Shown one piece after another: positions 52,990-64,000 of a DNA stretch of 64,000 bases (positions within the stretch are counted from its first letter, which is position 1; every line of letters starts with the position of its first letter). A model generated the notes under the pieces. That model had not been told where the DNA came from, did not search any database, and worked only from the letters and a program-made list of their open reading frames with translations. The position numbers were made by a program, and so were the translations under genes. This DNA comes from Octopus sinensis (lineage: Eukaryota): positions 54,002,001 through 54,066,000 of the forward strand of contig NC_042997.1 in NCBI RefSeq assembly GCF_006345805.1. Reading direction: 5' to 3'.

Positions 52990-54230
52990 TAAAACTTCTG
53001 AATACATGCATGTACATGCCTGTGCACAAGAACATCATCTACTTTTTGAGAGTCAGCATTTTGAGATCAAACATCTGTCTTTCTCAGTTTTTCTCTTCCA
53101 CAGGTTTCTTCCACTTGCATCACTTAACACCTTCATAACCCAACAACCACCCTCTACATGACCATACCAATGCAGTCTTCTCTCTTGAACACTACAACTA
53201 ATTTTCCTTACACCCAAATTTTCTCTGAATTCAATTGTGCTCTATTATATATTCAAACTAACATTACACACCCAGTGGAACATATTCACCTCATTTCTTT
53301 ACAAACAGTGTTTCACTACCATGAAATATGCTTCATATACAAGCATCATACAGTATGTCCTTCACTAGGAGAGTGAATCTCTTTGTTGCCAACAGAAATA
53401 ACAGTTCCCATAACTTTCTTTATTCTGGGATCACCTAGCTAACGGAAGCAGTCCTTTTCTCAGGAAATCTAAAGGCATTTCAAGAAAGTTTGGTGGTCTA
53501 ACTGCTAACAACTCCCAAACATTAGCTATATATAAAGTTATCCTCTGTCAACCTGTTCCTGATTCCACTAAGTTTTTGGTACTCCAATAGCTTATACTGG
53601 GTACACCACATGGAATTCTTACATATTCCTTCTCTGCATGTCAAACATGGCAACTTCCCAAATGGTAGAAGAATCTTGTTTTTCTTTCCTACTAACTACA
53701 ATATTTATTTTTGCTACATTTAATTTGAGGATTATTTTTTATTCTAAGACTGCTTTCATATTTGGAATTTCTTCATTATTTCTTCAACAGGTTCAGCTAT
53801 GAGAAATAGGTCATTAGCATAGAGACATTCTATGCAAACCCTGATGGACATCTACTTGCACACTAAATTCCTTGCTAAATTCATTGCTAACCCTCACATA
53901 GCTCTTACAAGCCTTTCAGATATATTTAGCTTTCTTATCAATCCCTAGACTACAAAGTTTGATGCCCTCAAAGGCCTGCCCTATACATACTAAAGTACAG
54001 TGGCTTCCACTTAACTAAGAACTTCCAAGTTGTCTCACTAAGAAGAATGTATCCATAGAATCACAACTTAACACAAACCTAAACTGCAGATCTTTAAATT
54101 AATTTCTTTCCTAATTAGTTATGCATATAACTCTTTCTGTTACATTCATAACATGATTCACCAGTTTCATGTCTCTAAATGAAGAGCATCTCCTTTGCAT
54201 TTATAACAGTTCACCAGTCTGCCAGTCATT
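52990..54230 (-). mobile_element. Decayed RTE LINE (RT and C-terminal region)
   Basis: Minus strand EFSVQVDVHQG and LYANDL (YADD-equivalent). Downstream part is similar to 48040-48900. Confidence 0.65.
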
Positions 54231-54834
54231 GAGGTATGACACTGCTCCATATTGGTTTCAAATTTAAGCACAAGGCCAGCAATTTTAGGGGAGAGATAAA
54301 TCAATTACATTAATCAACCCCAGTGCTCAGCTGGTACTTATTTTATCAACCAGGAAAAGCAAGGTTGACCATGGTGGAATTTGAACTCAGAATGTAATGA
54401 TGGATGAAATGCCACTAAGCACTTTTCCCTAACAGAAGAGGGAATTTGATGGTGAGTGAGTTGTTTAATGTCAGTTTTCTTTATCTGAATAGAAAAGCAA
54501 CAATGTGCTCATTTGATGACAGTTGAAGGGTTCTTGCACATAACTGGAGATTCACACTAAGTGTTAGTCTCATGCATAAAATTTTGGTTTTACATTGAAA
54601 CATGTGACTTGTGATTTTGATATTACACTTCCTATCCCCAACCACTTTGCAACATTAATTGGGTGCATTTTATCATGTCTCTAGTACTAGACAAACTATC
54701 TGACATGACTTAAAGACATCCCTCTACAGAATCAGTTTTAATTCAGAGTTTCTGTTGGGCTTGTTTCATTGCTCACCTTCAATAGTCTTTTAAACAAATG
54801 CAACTCTTGTTTAAGGCATGTCTGATTAAAAATA

Positions 54835-55199
54835 CATCATCATCATCATCATCATCGTTTAGCGTCCGCTTTCCATGCTAGCATGGGTTGGACAGTTCAA
54901 CTGGGGTCTGGGAAGCCAGAAGGCTGCACCAGGCCCAGTCTCATCTGGCAATGTTTCTACGGCTGGATGCCCTTCCTGACACCAATTACTCCGTGAGTGT
55001 AGTGGGTGCTTTTTACGTGCTACCGGCACAGGTGCCAAGCATGGCTGGCAACAGCCACGATCAGATGGTGCTTTTTACGTGCCACCCGCACGAGGCCAGT
55101 CAGGGCAGCGCTGGCAACGGCCACATTCGGATGGTTCCCTTACGTACCACCAGCATTGGTATCACAGCTGCAATTTCCATTGATGTTGATCGATTTTGA
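54835..55199 (-). mobile_element. Family A copy (long, young-looking)
   Basis: (ATC)n tail, core and internal tandem ggtgctttttacgtgc subrepeats. Confidence 0.85.
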
Positions 55200-55522
55200 A
55201 ATAATTCCTAACACCAAGTAACTGCATTTTCTTATAAGAATATAAGTCACAAGTGATGCATAAGGGCATTGTTGTTGCATATTCTTTGAGGTATATTGCA
55301 CAGCCTCAACTGCTGTTTGTATATTAGGTACTGAGTTTGTCCTTTGTGTAACTATAGTTCTAAATGTATTCCCATGATTATCAACAAAATTACAGGCAAT
55401 AACCATAGAATAGTATTCAATGGCTTTAATACAACATATCTCAAAAAATAGCTGCTTCTCACTTATAAAAATATCAAAGCAATGCCCAGTTGTTTTGTTT
55501 TGTTCTTTTTGTATGTGTGTAT

Positions 55523-55558
<36 letters not shown>

Positions 55559-55686
55559 ATAACATATAAACTTAGACACAAATAGAAATTATAAGAGTAG
55601 AAAGCCAAGAAAAAAACAGCCAGCACAGAAATGAGAGAGTGCTTTCAGAAATTATTTTTCAAGAAAACAATAAAATTTTGTCTTAC

Positions 55687-55840
55687 TTGTTCCTTATTCC
55701 GAGTCATATGATTGGACTGAAGTCTTCGCAGAAGTGGAACACCATTCCTAGATTGACGTTTTAAAGTCCAATAACTTAAGAGTCGTGCCAAAAACTGCTG
55801 CTTCTTTTGTAAAGTAATTATGCCAGAAATTTTGGTTATT
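55687..55840 (-). CDS. BRPF1: BRPF exon A (154 nt): [51 protein letters not shown]
   Basis: Acceptor ttag, donor GTAAGA. Contains the conserved [19 protein letters not shown] motif. Not in the ORF track because it has no start codon. Confidence 0.93.
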
Positions 55841-56576
55841 CTAAATTAAATAAAAAATAAACAAAAACCACTTTAAATTGATTAAATCACCTACCTGGAA
55901 GTAAAGAAAATGTTAATAATTTAAGAGAAAGAGAAAAAAATTTTTTTTTTATTGAAATGTCTCTATGGAAGAAGGATTAAAACTTCAGTATATTAAAATA
56001 AAACACATTTCAAAGTATAACCAACTGGATAAACATAGATGCTTCCTATATCTAAAAATACAACATATATTCATATACACAATAAAATGCCCATATGAAC
56101 ACAGAGTTTCTCAAAAATAGTTTTAAGAGACAATTCCTGTAATAGGTATTCTTTATTTCATGCTATATTATATTATATTATTATTAAGGTGGTGAGCTAG
56201 CAGAATTGTTAGCACACAAGGCAAAATGCTAAGCAGCATTTCATCTGTCTTTGTGTTCTGAGTTCTAATTCCACCAAGGTCAACTTTGCCTTTCATCCTT
56301 CAGGGTTGATAAATTAAGTACCAGTGAAACATTGGAGTCAATGTAATTGACTAGTCACATCCTACCAAATTTCAGGCCTTGTAACTTTAGTAGAAAGGAT
56401 TATTATTATTCAGTAGTTTATTTTTATCACATGCTTTCATTGCACTACCGAGCGCAGTTCTGCATGCCTTGGGTATGTGCTATGGTTTGTTTTAGTGCTG
56501 TTATTTTCATTGTATTGAAAGTGTTTTATGTAGGAAGTGTACAAGTGCCTAATAGTGCTATTTTCTTTATGTTATA

Positions 56577-57082
56577 CTAGCAGTATCGCCCGGCGTTGCT
56601 CGGGTTTGTAAGGGAAATAACTATATAAGCATTTTTAGAGAGTTACTTCCCTTATAAATTCGGGCTTTCTTAGCCATTTTTGTTTTGGTGTCTTCAAGCC
56701 ATGAAGTCGTTGTTCTAAAAGAACGCTGGTTTCCTTCACAACGCATTACGACGTTGATTTCTTTACACTCCCTTCCCCACAGCTTCACGAGGGAGGGAAG
56801 GGGGAGAAGCAAACAGGTGCAGCTGTGAGCGTGGACGCCAACTCCGTCGCCATCGACATACGATGCATTTTATGCATTAAAATGGAATAAAAAATGATGT
56901 TAAATTATTTTTAAAATCATAGACTCATCGTTGACGCGCGCTAATAGTCAGACGGGCTCGATATGAATCACGACTATAAGATACCCGAATTTGGTTAAAC
57001 TGCACCGCAAAATGTGGGAGGAGTTAGGAATCTAAATCGAAGGGGACAGACACTCACACAACTAGAGTTTTATATATATAGA
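56577..57082 (-). mobile_element. Non-autonomous Helitron (506 bp)
   Basis: Minus strand has 5' A^TCTATATATAT and a 3' GC-rich hairpin CCCG-A-GC-AAC-GC-CGGG, then 8 nt, then CTAG^T. A^T target site with no TSD. CpG-rich, so likely young. Confidence 0.75.
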
Positions 57083-60000
57083 TATATTCGTAAGTCCTGG
57101 TGTTTTGGTTATGTATTTGTCTGAATGTTTTTAATCATACCTAATGCACCTATTATTCAAGGGATTGTTTCTTTTTTCAGCTCCACATTAAGGTTATCTC
57201 TATTTCCAGATCTTTCTATTTTACGAGTTTCTGTTTCTTTTAGAGACACATTGTCATCTGTTGAAATTGATAGATTGATTATAAGGCATTTTTTTTTTTA
57301 GCTCTGACAACTATATTCAGTCTACTAGTCTTGATTTCTCTGTGTGTATTGGCATATCCCAGAGTATGGTTGCTTTCTCATTTATTATTATTAAGGTGGC
57401 AAGCTGGCAGAATCATTAACACACCAGGCAAAATGCTTAGCAGCATTTCATCCATCTTTACAACTGAGTTCAAATTCCACCAAGGTCGACTTTGCCTTTC
57501 AGGGTCAATTAAATAAGTACCAATTACACACTGGGGTCAATGTGACTTACCCACTCCCCTCAAATTTCAAGCCTTGTGCCTATAGTAGAAAGGATCATCA
57601 TCATCATATTATCATTATTAGTATTATTGTTTGCTGAGCAAATCAAAACTGCTATATAAACTCACAAGAAAAGGGTAATTCTACAAACAAAAGGATAAAA
57701 GGTTTAAATATTTACACTTTTAAAACAAGAAATTTCTTAACTTAAAAGAGAGAGAGAGAGAGAGAGAGAGTGTGTGTGTGTGTGTATGTGTGTGTGTGTG
57801 TGTGGAAGCAGTGTGTGAGGAAGCAGTGTGACTGTCTGCCCACCTGCATCTGTGTTTTTGTTTATGTGTATGCCTACAGTTTGAAATAGGCTGATATCCA
57901 AGTTATAGAGACAGAAGTATTGCTGATTATGACATGACTTAACAGTTACTTGTAGCCAGGGTAGAGGGCATCAAACATTAAACAATTGGTCACTAATGAT
58001 CAGTTTAGTAAACAAGTGATTCAGAATGATGTTAGTAAATCTCTCCACAAGACATGTAAATTTAATTTTAAAAAAACCTGTAAAAAAAAATTAGATATAT
58101 TTCACAACATTACTTGCAAGTATTTGGATAAAAAATAAAGTTTATTTTTGTATAGCTAGAGGACACACAGATAATAAAAATTGTAAGAATCTTAAACTTA
58201 GTTTAAGGAGATAAGGCATAAAACTAAGAATTTAGTTATTTTGGCTCCCTATTTATTTACATAGATCTCCATCAATTATAAAGTAATTATAGAAAATTAC
58301 CTTTATTTTCGATCAAATTGTGTATTTTAAAAAACATCATTATTAATAAAGGCTGAGGGTAATTTCATAAATATAATTGTACTTGTTAAAATAGTTAAAA
58401 TATATGAAAATTAGGTTTCTATAATTTGAGTTCTGTTTTATTTCCAGTGCCTATCAATAACTTGGAAACCTACTAAAAGTTTAAATATTAATATCACTGA
58501 TATTAACTTCCGTATATAAGTTTTCAACCAATAAGTTATGTTAAGAAAAGACTTTTCATAGCATCAAGACTGGTGCTACTTGGCTGAGGATGAATTTAGT
58601 TAGTTAATGGCAATGAATCAAGATAATGAGTTGTATTTTATCAGATTGATTAATGCTATTTTTAGTGACTGAAAGGGATTTATTGCAACACAGCAGAACT
58701 GATTTTCACAACCTTTCTAAAGTTCTCTTCACATTTTTCTAGAACTTTTAATGCCAAAACTATTTTCCATGAATACCAAACTATAATAACAAGATTTTAA
58801 AAGTTTTCTTAGATTAACAAAGTAAGTTGAGAAGGGTCTTTGACCAAAATAAAACTGTCTACAATTATTAATTACACAAAGAAATATCTTGCAACTGGAA
58901 TTGATCTGTACAAAGAATGAAACCCATATTAATAAAAATTACATTTAGAAATGTTACAATAATCTACAGATAGTCATTTCTATTACCATTACAGCTACAT
59001 AAACTTTCTTTAACCTTTTCTCGGAACTTGCTTTTGTCACATAAATTATAGTTTTTGCCAGAAATAGCTACCACTAAAAAGTTTTAATTTAATAAATAAA
59101 TCATTATCATCGTCATCACCATCATCTAATATTCATTTTTCATGTGGTATGGGTTGGATAGATGGCATTGAGCTCCAAAGTCTGATTTAGCATGGTTTCC
59201 ATGGCTGGATGACCTTCCTAATGCCAACCACTATACAGTGTATTAGGTGCTTTCTTCATGATACTAGCACTAATGAGGTCACAAGTCAAAGAAAAGACCC
59301 TTGACTAAGTCTGGTTATATTGAAGAGAGACAAGAGACTTTATATGAAATATTGAGAAGTTAAAGTATGACAAGACTAACAGGCAGAGATATCTTACTAT
59401 TGAGGAGATACATAGCTTCCCAACCACATAGAAGGGTAGCAGTAGCTGGGAAGGCAATGATGAAGTGTCAAAACATGCTCTCAAGATATTAGAAGGGAAG
59501 GAAGGATTAGTAAGTTCAATAAGAATGTGAGGAGAGATAAGTGGTTATAGATGAGGTCTAAGGTGAACATAGTGGAATAAGAGCAGCAGTGTGGCTGGAG
59601 GTAAATATCATATGGCTGAGGGGAGGGTAAATGAATAAGAGTGGTTCAGGCAGTGGAAGTGATAGTGGGAAAAGGAGGAGGAGACCAACAGATTATAATA
59701 AACCAGTAGGTAGATCAGAAAATATGGGGATAGGTGAGTTGGTGGGCAAGAGAGAGATGTACAGTAAAAGAGATGGATGTCAGATGGCGGGGAGGGGGGG
59801 GGGGGGGAGGCTGTCAATAGTAGATAAGAGAGGGTGTCAAAGATAAAGTAAAGGCAGTCCTAAGAGGGAAGATTTTAAAAGGAAGTAGTTCCAGGAAGAG
59901 GAGGGCATAACTGACAACATAAAAGGAGAATGAAATATATGCATTTCTGCTCCCATGATTATAGCAGCTGAATAATGCTATAGCTATAACCATGAAGGGA

Positions 60001-60099
60001 TGAGTACCAGGAAGATGAGATGGGAAGGGGGAGGTTGATAAGGACATACTGGGTGCAGGAGCAGGGCCCAGTGAGTAGATATAAACATAATGCTTTTAG

Positions 60100-61650
60100 G
60101 AACTCACTTTGTCAAGGTGGATGAGTCTTTTCAAACAGTCATCCCAATCCTTTGCATCTCCTCTGTGAGGTTCAACATCATGAGATGAGATCAGTTTTGA
60201 CTACTTTGTCCCATTTCTTATGGGATTTCCCTTTTCCACAAGCTCCATCCTTATTTAGCAATCAGCACTTCTTTATACATCTGTTCTTATCCTTACACAT
60301 TACATGGCCAAACCAATGCAGTTCACTCGTGCATGCTACATTTGATTCCTCTTATGCCCAATTTTTCTTTTAACACAGTTTTGCTTTGTTGTAGATGCAT
60401 ATCGATGCTGTAAACCCAGCAGAACATGCTGGTTTCATTCCTTTCAACTCTTTGCATGTCCTCTGTATTCAGAGACCACATCTCCCTACCATGCAGCACT
60501 GATATTCATACACAAGTATCATACAGGCGGCGAGCTGGCAGAACCGTTAGCACGGCGGGCGAAATGCTAAGCGGTATTTCGTCTGCGCTACGTTGTGAGT
60601 TCAAATTCCGCCGAGGTTGATTTTGCCTTTCATCCTTTCGGGGTTGATAAATTAAGTACCAGTTACACACTGGGGTCGATGTAATCGACTTAATACCTAT
60701 GTCTGTCCTTGTTTGTCCCCTCTGTGTTTAGCCCCTTGTGGGTAATAAAGAGATAAGTATCATACAGACTGCCCTTCACTCTGTGAGAAAGACTATTTGT
60801 TACTAATGAAGTTAATAACTCTCTGAACTTTCTCAATCCTGTTATTTTAGTAACTATGGATTCAAAACATCCTCCTCCACTGCTAATTAGGTCACTTAAG
60901 TAACAGAAACCACCTACTACCTGTAGGGAACCTCTTGGACATTTGAGAAAATCTATTTCTCGTTCTTTGTGTTTATTGTACCTGTGCTTCTGCTGCATAC
61001 AAAATCTACTTTTCCTGTTAACCAACCAGTGATTCCACTGCACTTCTTATGTATCTATAGCTAGCAATGAGTATACCAAATGGAATTTCTACCAACACTT
61101 TTCCTACATATTGAGCTAGTTTCCTAATTTGCTCTTTACTAAGTTAACTTTAAGGCCATTTGATTCCAGGTTTTCCTTTCATACCTAGAATTTCTTTTCT
61201 AATTCTACTATAGTTTCAACTTTAAGAACAAGGACATCAGCATGTAGCTGTTCCCAAATGAAACCAGTCTTAAATTCTACTGTTATGGCCTGGAAGGCTA
61301 TGACAAAAACGAGAGGACTGAGAATCAAAACCAAGTGAGCTATAGTTCTACACTAAATTCATTACTACATTGTTGCTAACTTGCACTTTACAGCCAGTGC
61401 TCCTATATATTGCTTATATGACTTTCATGAGCTACTTGTTCATGTTCTTAGCTTCCTCAGGGACCACCAAAGGACCCTATCAAAGGATTTTTCAAGACTG
61501 ACAAATGCCAAATAAGATTTACATTTAGCAAAATGTTCCTGAAGCCATCTTACAAGAAAGACAGCATTAGTTGTACTTCTCCCTAGTACAAAACCAAACT
61601 TTTACAAAGAATTTAATAGAGTAATTATAATAAACCTGACCAAATGCTTC
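60100..61650 (-). mobile_element. Decayed RTE LINE (RT region) interrupted by a SINE
   Basis: YLAFVSLEKSFDRVLWWSLRKL (RT motif) and ORF 60690..61043 (QVVGGFCYLSDLISSGGGC...FRELL). Confidence 0.7.
60527..60754 (+). mobile_element. tRNA-derived SINE (family B), full length with 13-bp TSD
   Basis: Reverse complement of the 8895-9126 copy. TSD aagtatcatacag at 60514-60526 and 60755-60767. Confidence 0.88.
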
Positions 61651-64000
61651 TTTTCTAAAATTCTTTGCTTATAACTAGGGGTGCACATTATACAGGAGTG
61701 CATATTATACAAACAAATATAGCAATTCATGGTAACTAACTGGAGACAACTAATAAGAGAAAATATAGGAATAAATTATCTCAAGAAATGACGAGTTTAC
61801 TTCCCACACATTTCTTACGTAAGTACTTTAAGTTAATTAAAAGATTTCACTCAGGAAGAGGAAAGAGGAAGTCAAGCCTTCAAGAGTATAGTTATTAGTA
61901 CAAGATATATGATATCCAGAACAGTCAGATAATAAATGATATCAAGGAAATTTACCAATTCACATTTACATTTCAGTTAATTGCCAAAAGAAAACAAAGT
62001 AGTTGGAACATTTGTAGGAAATAATTTTATAGTTAACTAAGACTTTAAATTCCTATAACTTTAATTCACTAAAAAATTTAATTTTTTTTTTAATACATAC
62101 ATATAAGAAAAAAATTCAGATCTTACGATATTTTGATATGGATGGCAAATTGTGCAAGATATATTAAGAACACATCACTACATTATTTCTTTGACAATGC
62201 TGGTGATAGAAATATATAATACTGCTGGATAAATCAATGAAGGTTTTCATAAATGCAATTGGGGCAAAAATAGTAATATTGTTAGAGTTAATGGATGACA
62301 GGTGAAGTAGCCAGTCACAACTAATTTGTGTGTGTGTGTCTACACAGTCACATGCACACACACGCAAACAGTTATTAGGCTTCAAAAATCATAAGGTATT
62401 CTATAGAAAATAAAAATGCAAAATAAGTCTTAGCACCTGAAGAGTTTATTAAACCATTATAAACTTAAATTTCAAAACACTGCACCTAAAATTCACAAAA
62501 TATGATCTTTTTATATATATTCCCTTTTGAAACTTACAACTAACAGCTTATAACCCAATATTAACATTATCATTGCTTTAATACCCACTTTACTATGCTT
62601 GCATGAGTCAGAGTCCATTGAGGCAGGTTTTCTATAGCAAATGCCCATTGTCACCAACTGTTACCTTTTTGTAAGCAAGATAATATTTCCCCCATGGCCA
62701 GATATATTTTCACAGAAGATTGGAAACAAATGACAATGTTTATATGACATTCATTTACAACTGTTTTGTGGTGTCAAGACAAGGAGACAGAAACACACAT
62801 TCCTGTGCATGCACACACCCATACACCCACACATACACATGCACATAATGGGCTTCTTTTAGTTTCCATCTACCAAATCCACCCATAAGGCTTTGTCAGA
62901 CCAGCATTATAGCAGAAGACACTTGATCAAGGTGCCATTAAGTAGGACTGAACTCAAAACCATGTGGTTGAAAAGCAAACTTCTCGACCACACAAAAAGA
63001 ACTAGCCTGTTGGTGATGGAAGGAGTCTTTTCTTTATCAAATTGGATGCTTGTTAAAATTGAGAATCTTAGCAATTAATTCATAGTTTAAGTTTTGTCAG
63101 GGAAATGACAAAAATCTAAATACTACAGGTATATTATACTGTTGAATGGGTAGCAATGGAAATAATTGGTATTGTTGGAAAATCAATAAGTTTTCATCAA
63201 TACCATTAAAACAAAGATAACTGAAATGAATCATGAACAACCTGTGAGATATTCTGAATGTCCTAGCAAAAATTTGTCCTTAGTTTTTCTAGTAGCACAG
63301 CCTGTTTGATGATGAGCCATGTCAAATGCAACCCACTTCACAAAAAACAAAAAGGTTGCCCAGACCTCGTTGAAATCATATATCTAGCTAAGTAAACAAG
63401 TACATAGTTCAAAATGCTAATTTATGCAAAAATTTGTGAGAACAGGCTAATCTCAATCCCTAAAAGTAATGAACTAACACTGAAGTAGCCCATAAAAGAA
63501 AAGATGTCACAGATAAGTATATCAACGTTTTATCTGGTCACAGAGACTTGAGCACTCTTTGAGCACTCAAGTGGAAATTACTTTATTTCTTTCTGAAACA
63601 CCTTGACAAGCATTTGAGGAAGCTTCTGCATGGTTGCATGACCTGCTACAAATAACTTCTATATGTGCCTCATATCACACCTCACCTGTCTTTAAAAATA
63701 TATGGAATGGTCACAATTGGAATGCCTTCAAGCAGTTTGTAAAAGTAAGAGGCTTTGTTTTTGTTTTTTTTAAGTGTAGTAGGCCTTTTTTTTGGCCTGA
63801 ACAGCTGCAATGCAGTTACGAGTGAACCACTGAGAGACTAAGAGCTCTATCTCACATCATTCTGTTTTAAATTCATCAATCAAAGTAACTTCAATACACA
63901 CAACAATTCTTGGCTACTGATGCTACTTATGCAGAGACTAAGTCTTTCACAAACTTTTGTACATTAAGTTTCATCCTCAGATACATTCCTAACCAATATA

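Larger units (their letters stand above)
700..55840 (-). other. BRPF1: Partial gene model: BRPF1/peregrin-family bromodomain and PHD finger protein, 8 coding exons seen; gene extends beyond both window edges
   Basis: Eight GT-AG exons join in one continuous frame (phases 2/0/0/0/0/1/1/1/1). The translation gives [46 protein letters not shown] and a full bromodomain, which I recognise as BRPF-family motifs. Paralog assignment (BRPF1 vs BRD1/BRPF3) cannot be made from this window. Confidence 0.93.

Noticed and set aside
55841-64000. Upstream BRPF exon (expected to end in phase 2)
   Set aside because: No segment with BRPF-like translation and splice sites was found by eye. It probably lies beyond the window.

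Overview
AT-rich eukaryotic intronic DNA; the repeat content suggests a coleoid cephalopod such as Octopus (inference). The whole window lies inside one minus-strand gene of the BRPF1/BRD1/BRPF3 (peregrin, Br140) family of MOZ/HBO1 acetyltransferase scaffolds. Eight in-phase coding exons total 1,280 nt (2% of the window) and encode the post-PZP region, the bromodomain and the following low-complexity region. The N-terminal part and the PWWP domain were not found here. The introns are filled with tRNA-headed and RTE-tailed SINEs, RTE and CR1-type LINE fragments, mariner relics, piggyBac-type MITEs, non-autonomous Helitrons and (TA)n/(CA)n tracts. The most unusual signal is a pair of unrelated fold-back elements (11893-12954 and 33309-33692). 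Each has a promoter-like centre (Pol II-like in one, tRNA A/B-box in the other) between inverted arms carrying outward-facing hammerhead-ribozyme-like motifs, which suggests Penelope-like, retrozyme-type elements. Several other long palindromes and inverted SINE pairs would form dsRNA in the pre-mRNA. All alignments and family assignments were made by eye.
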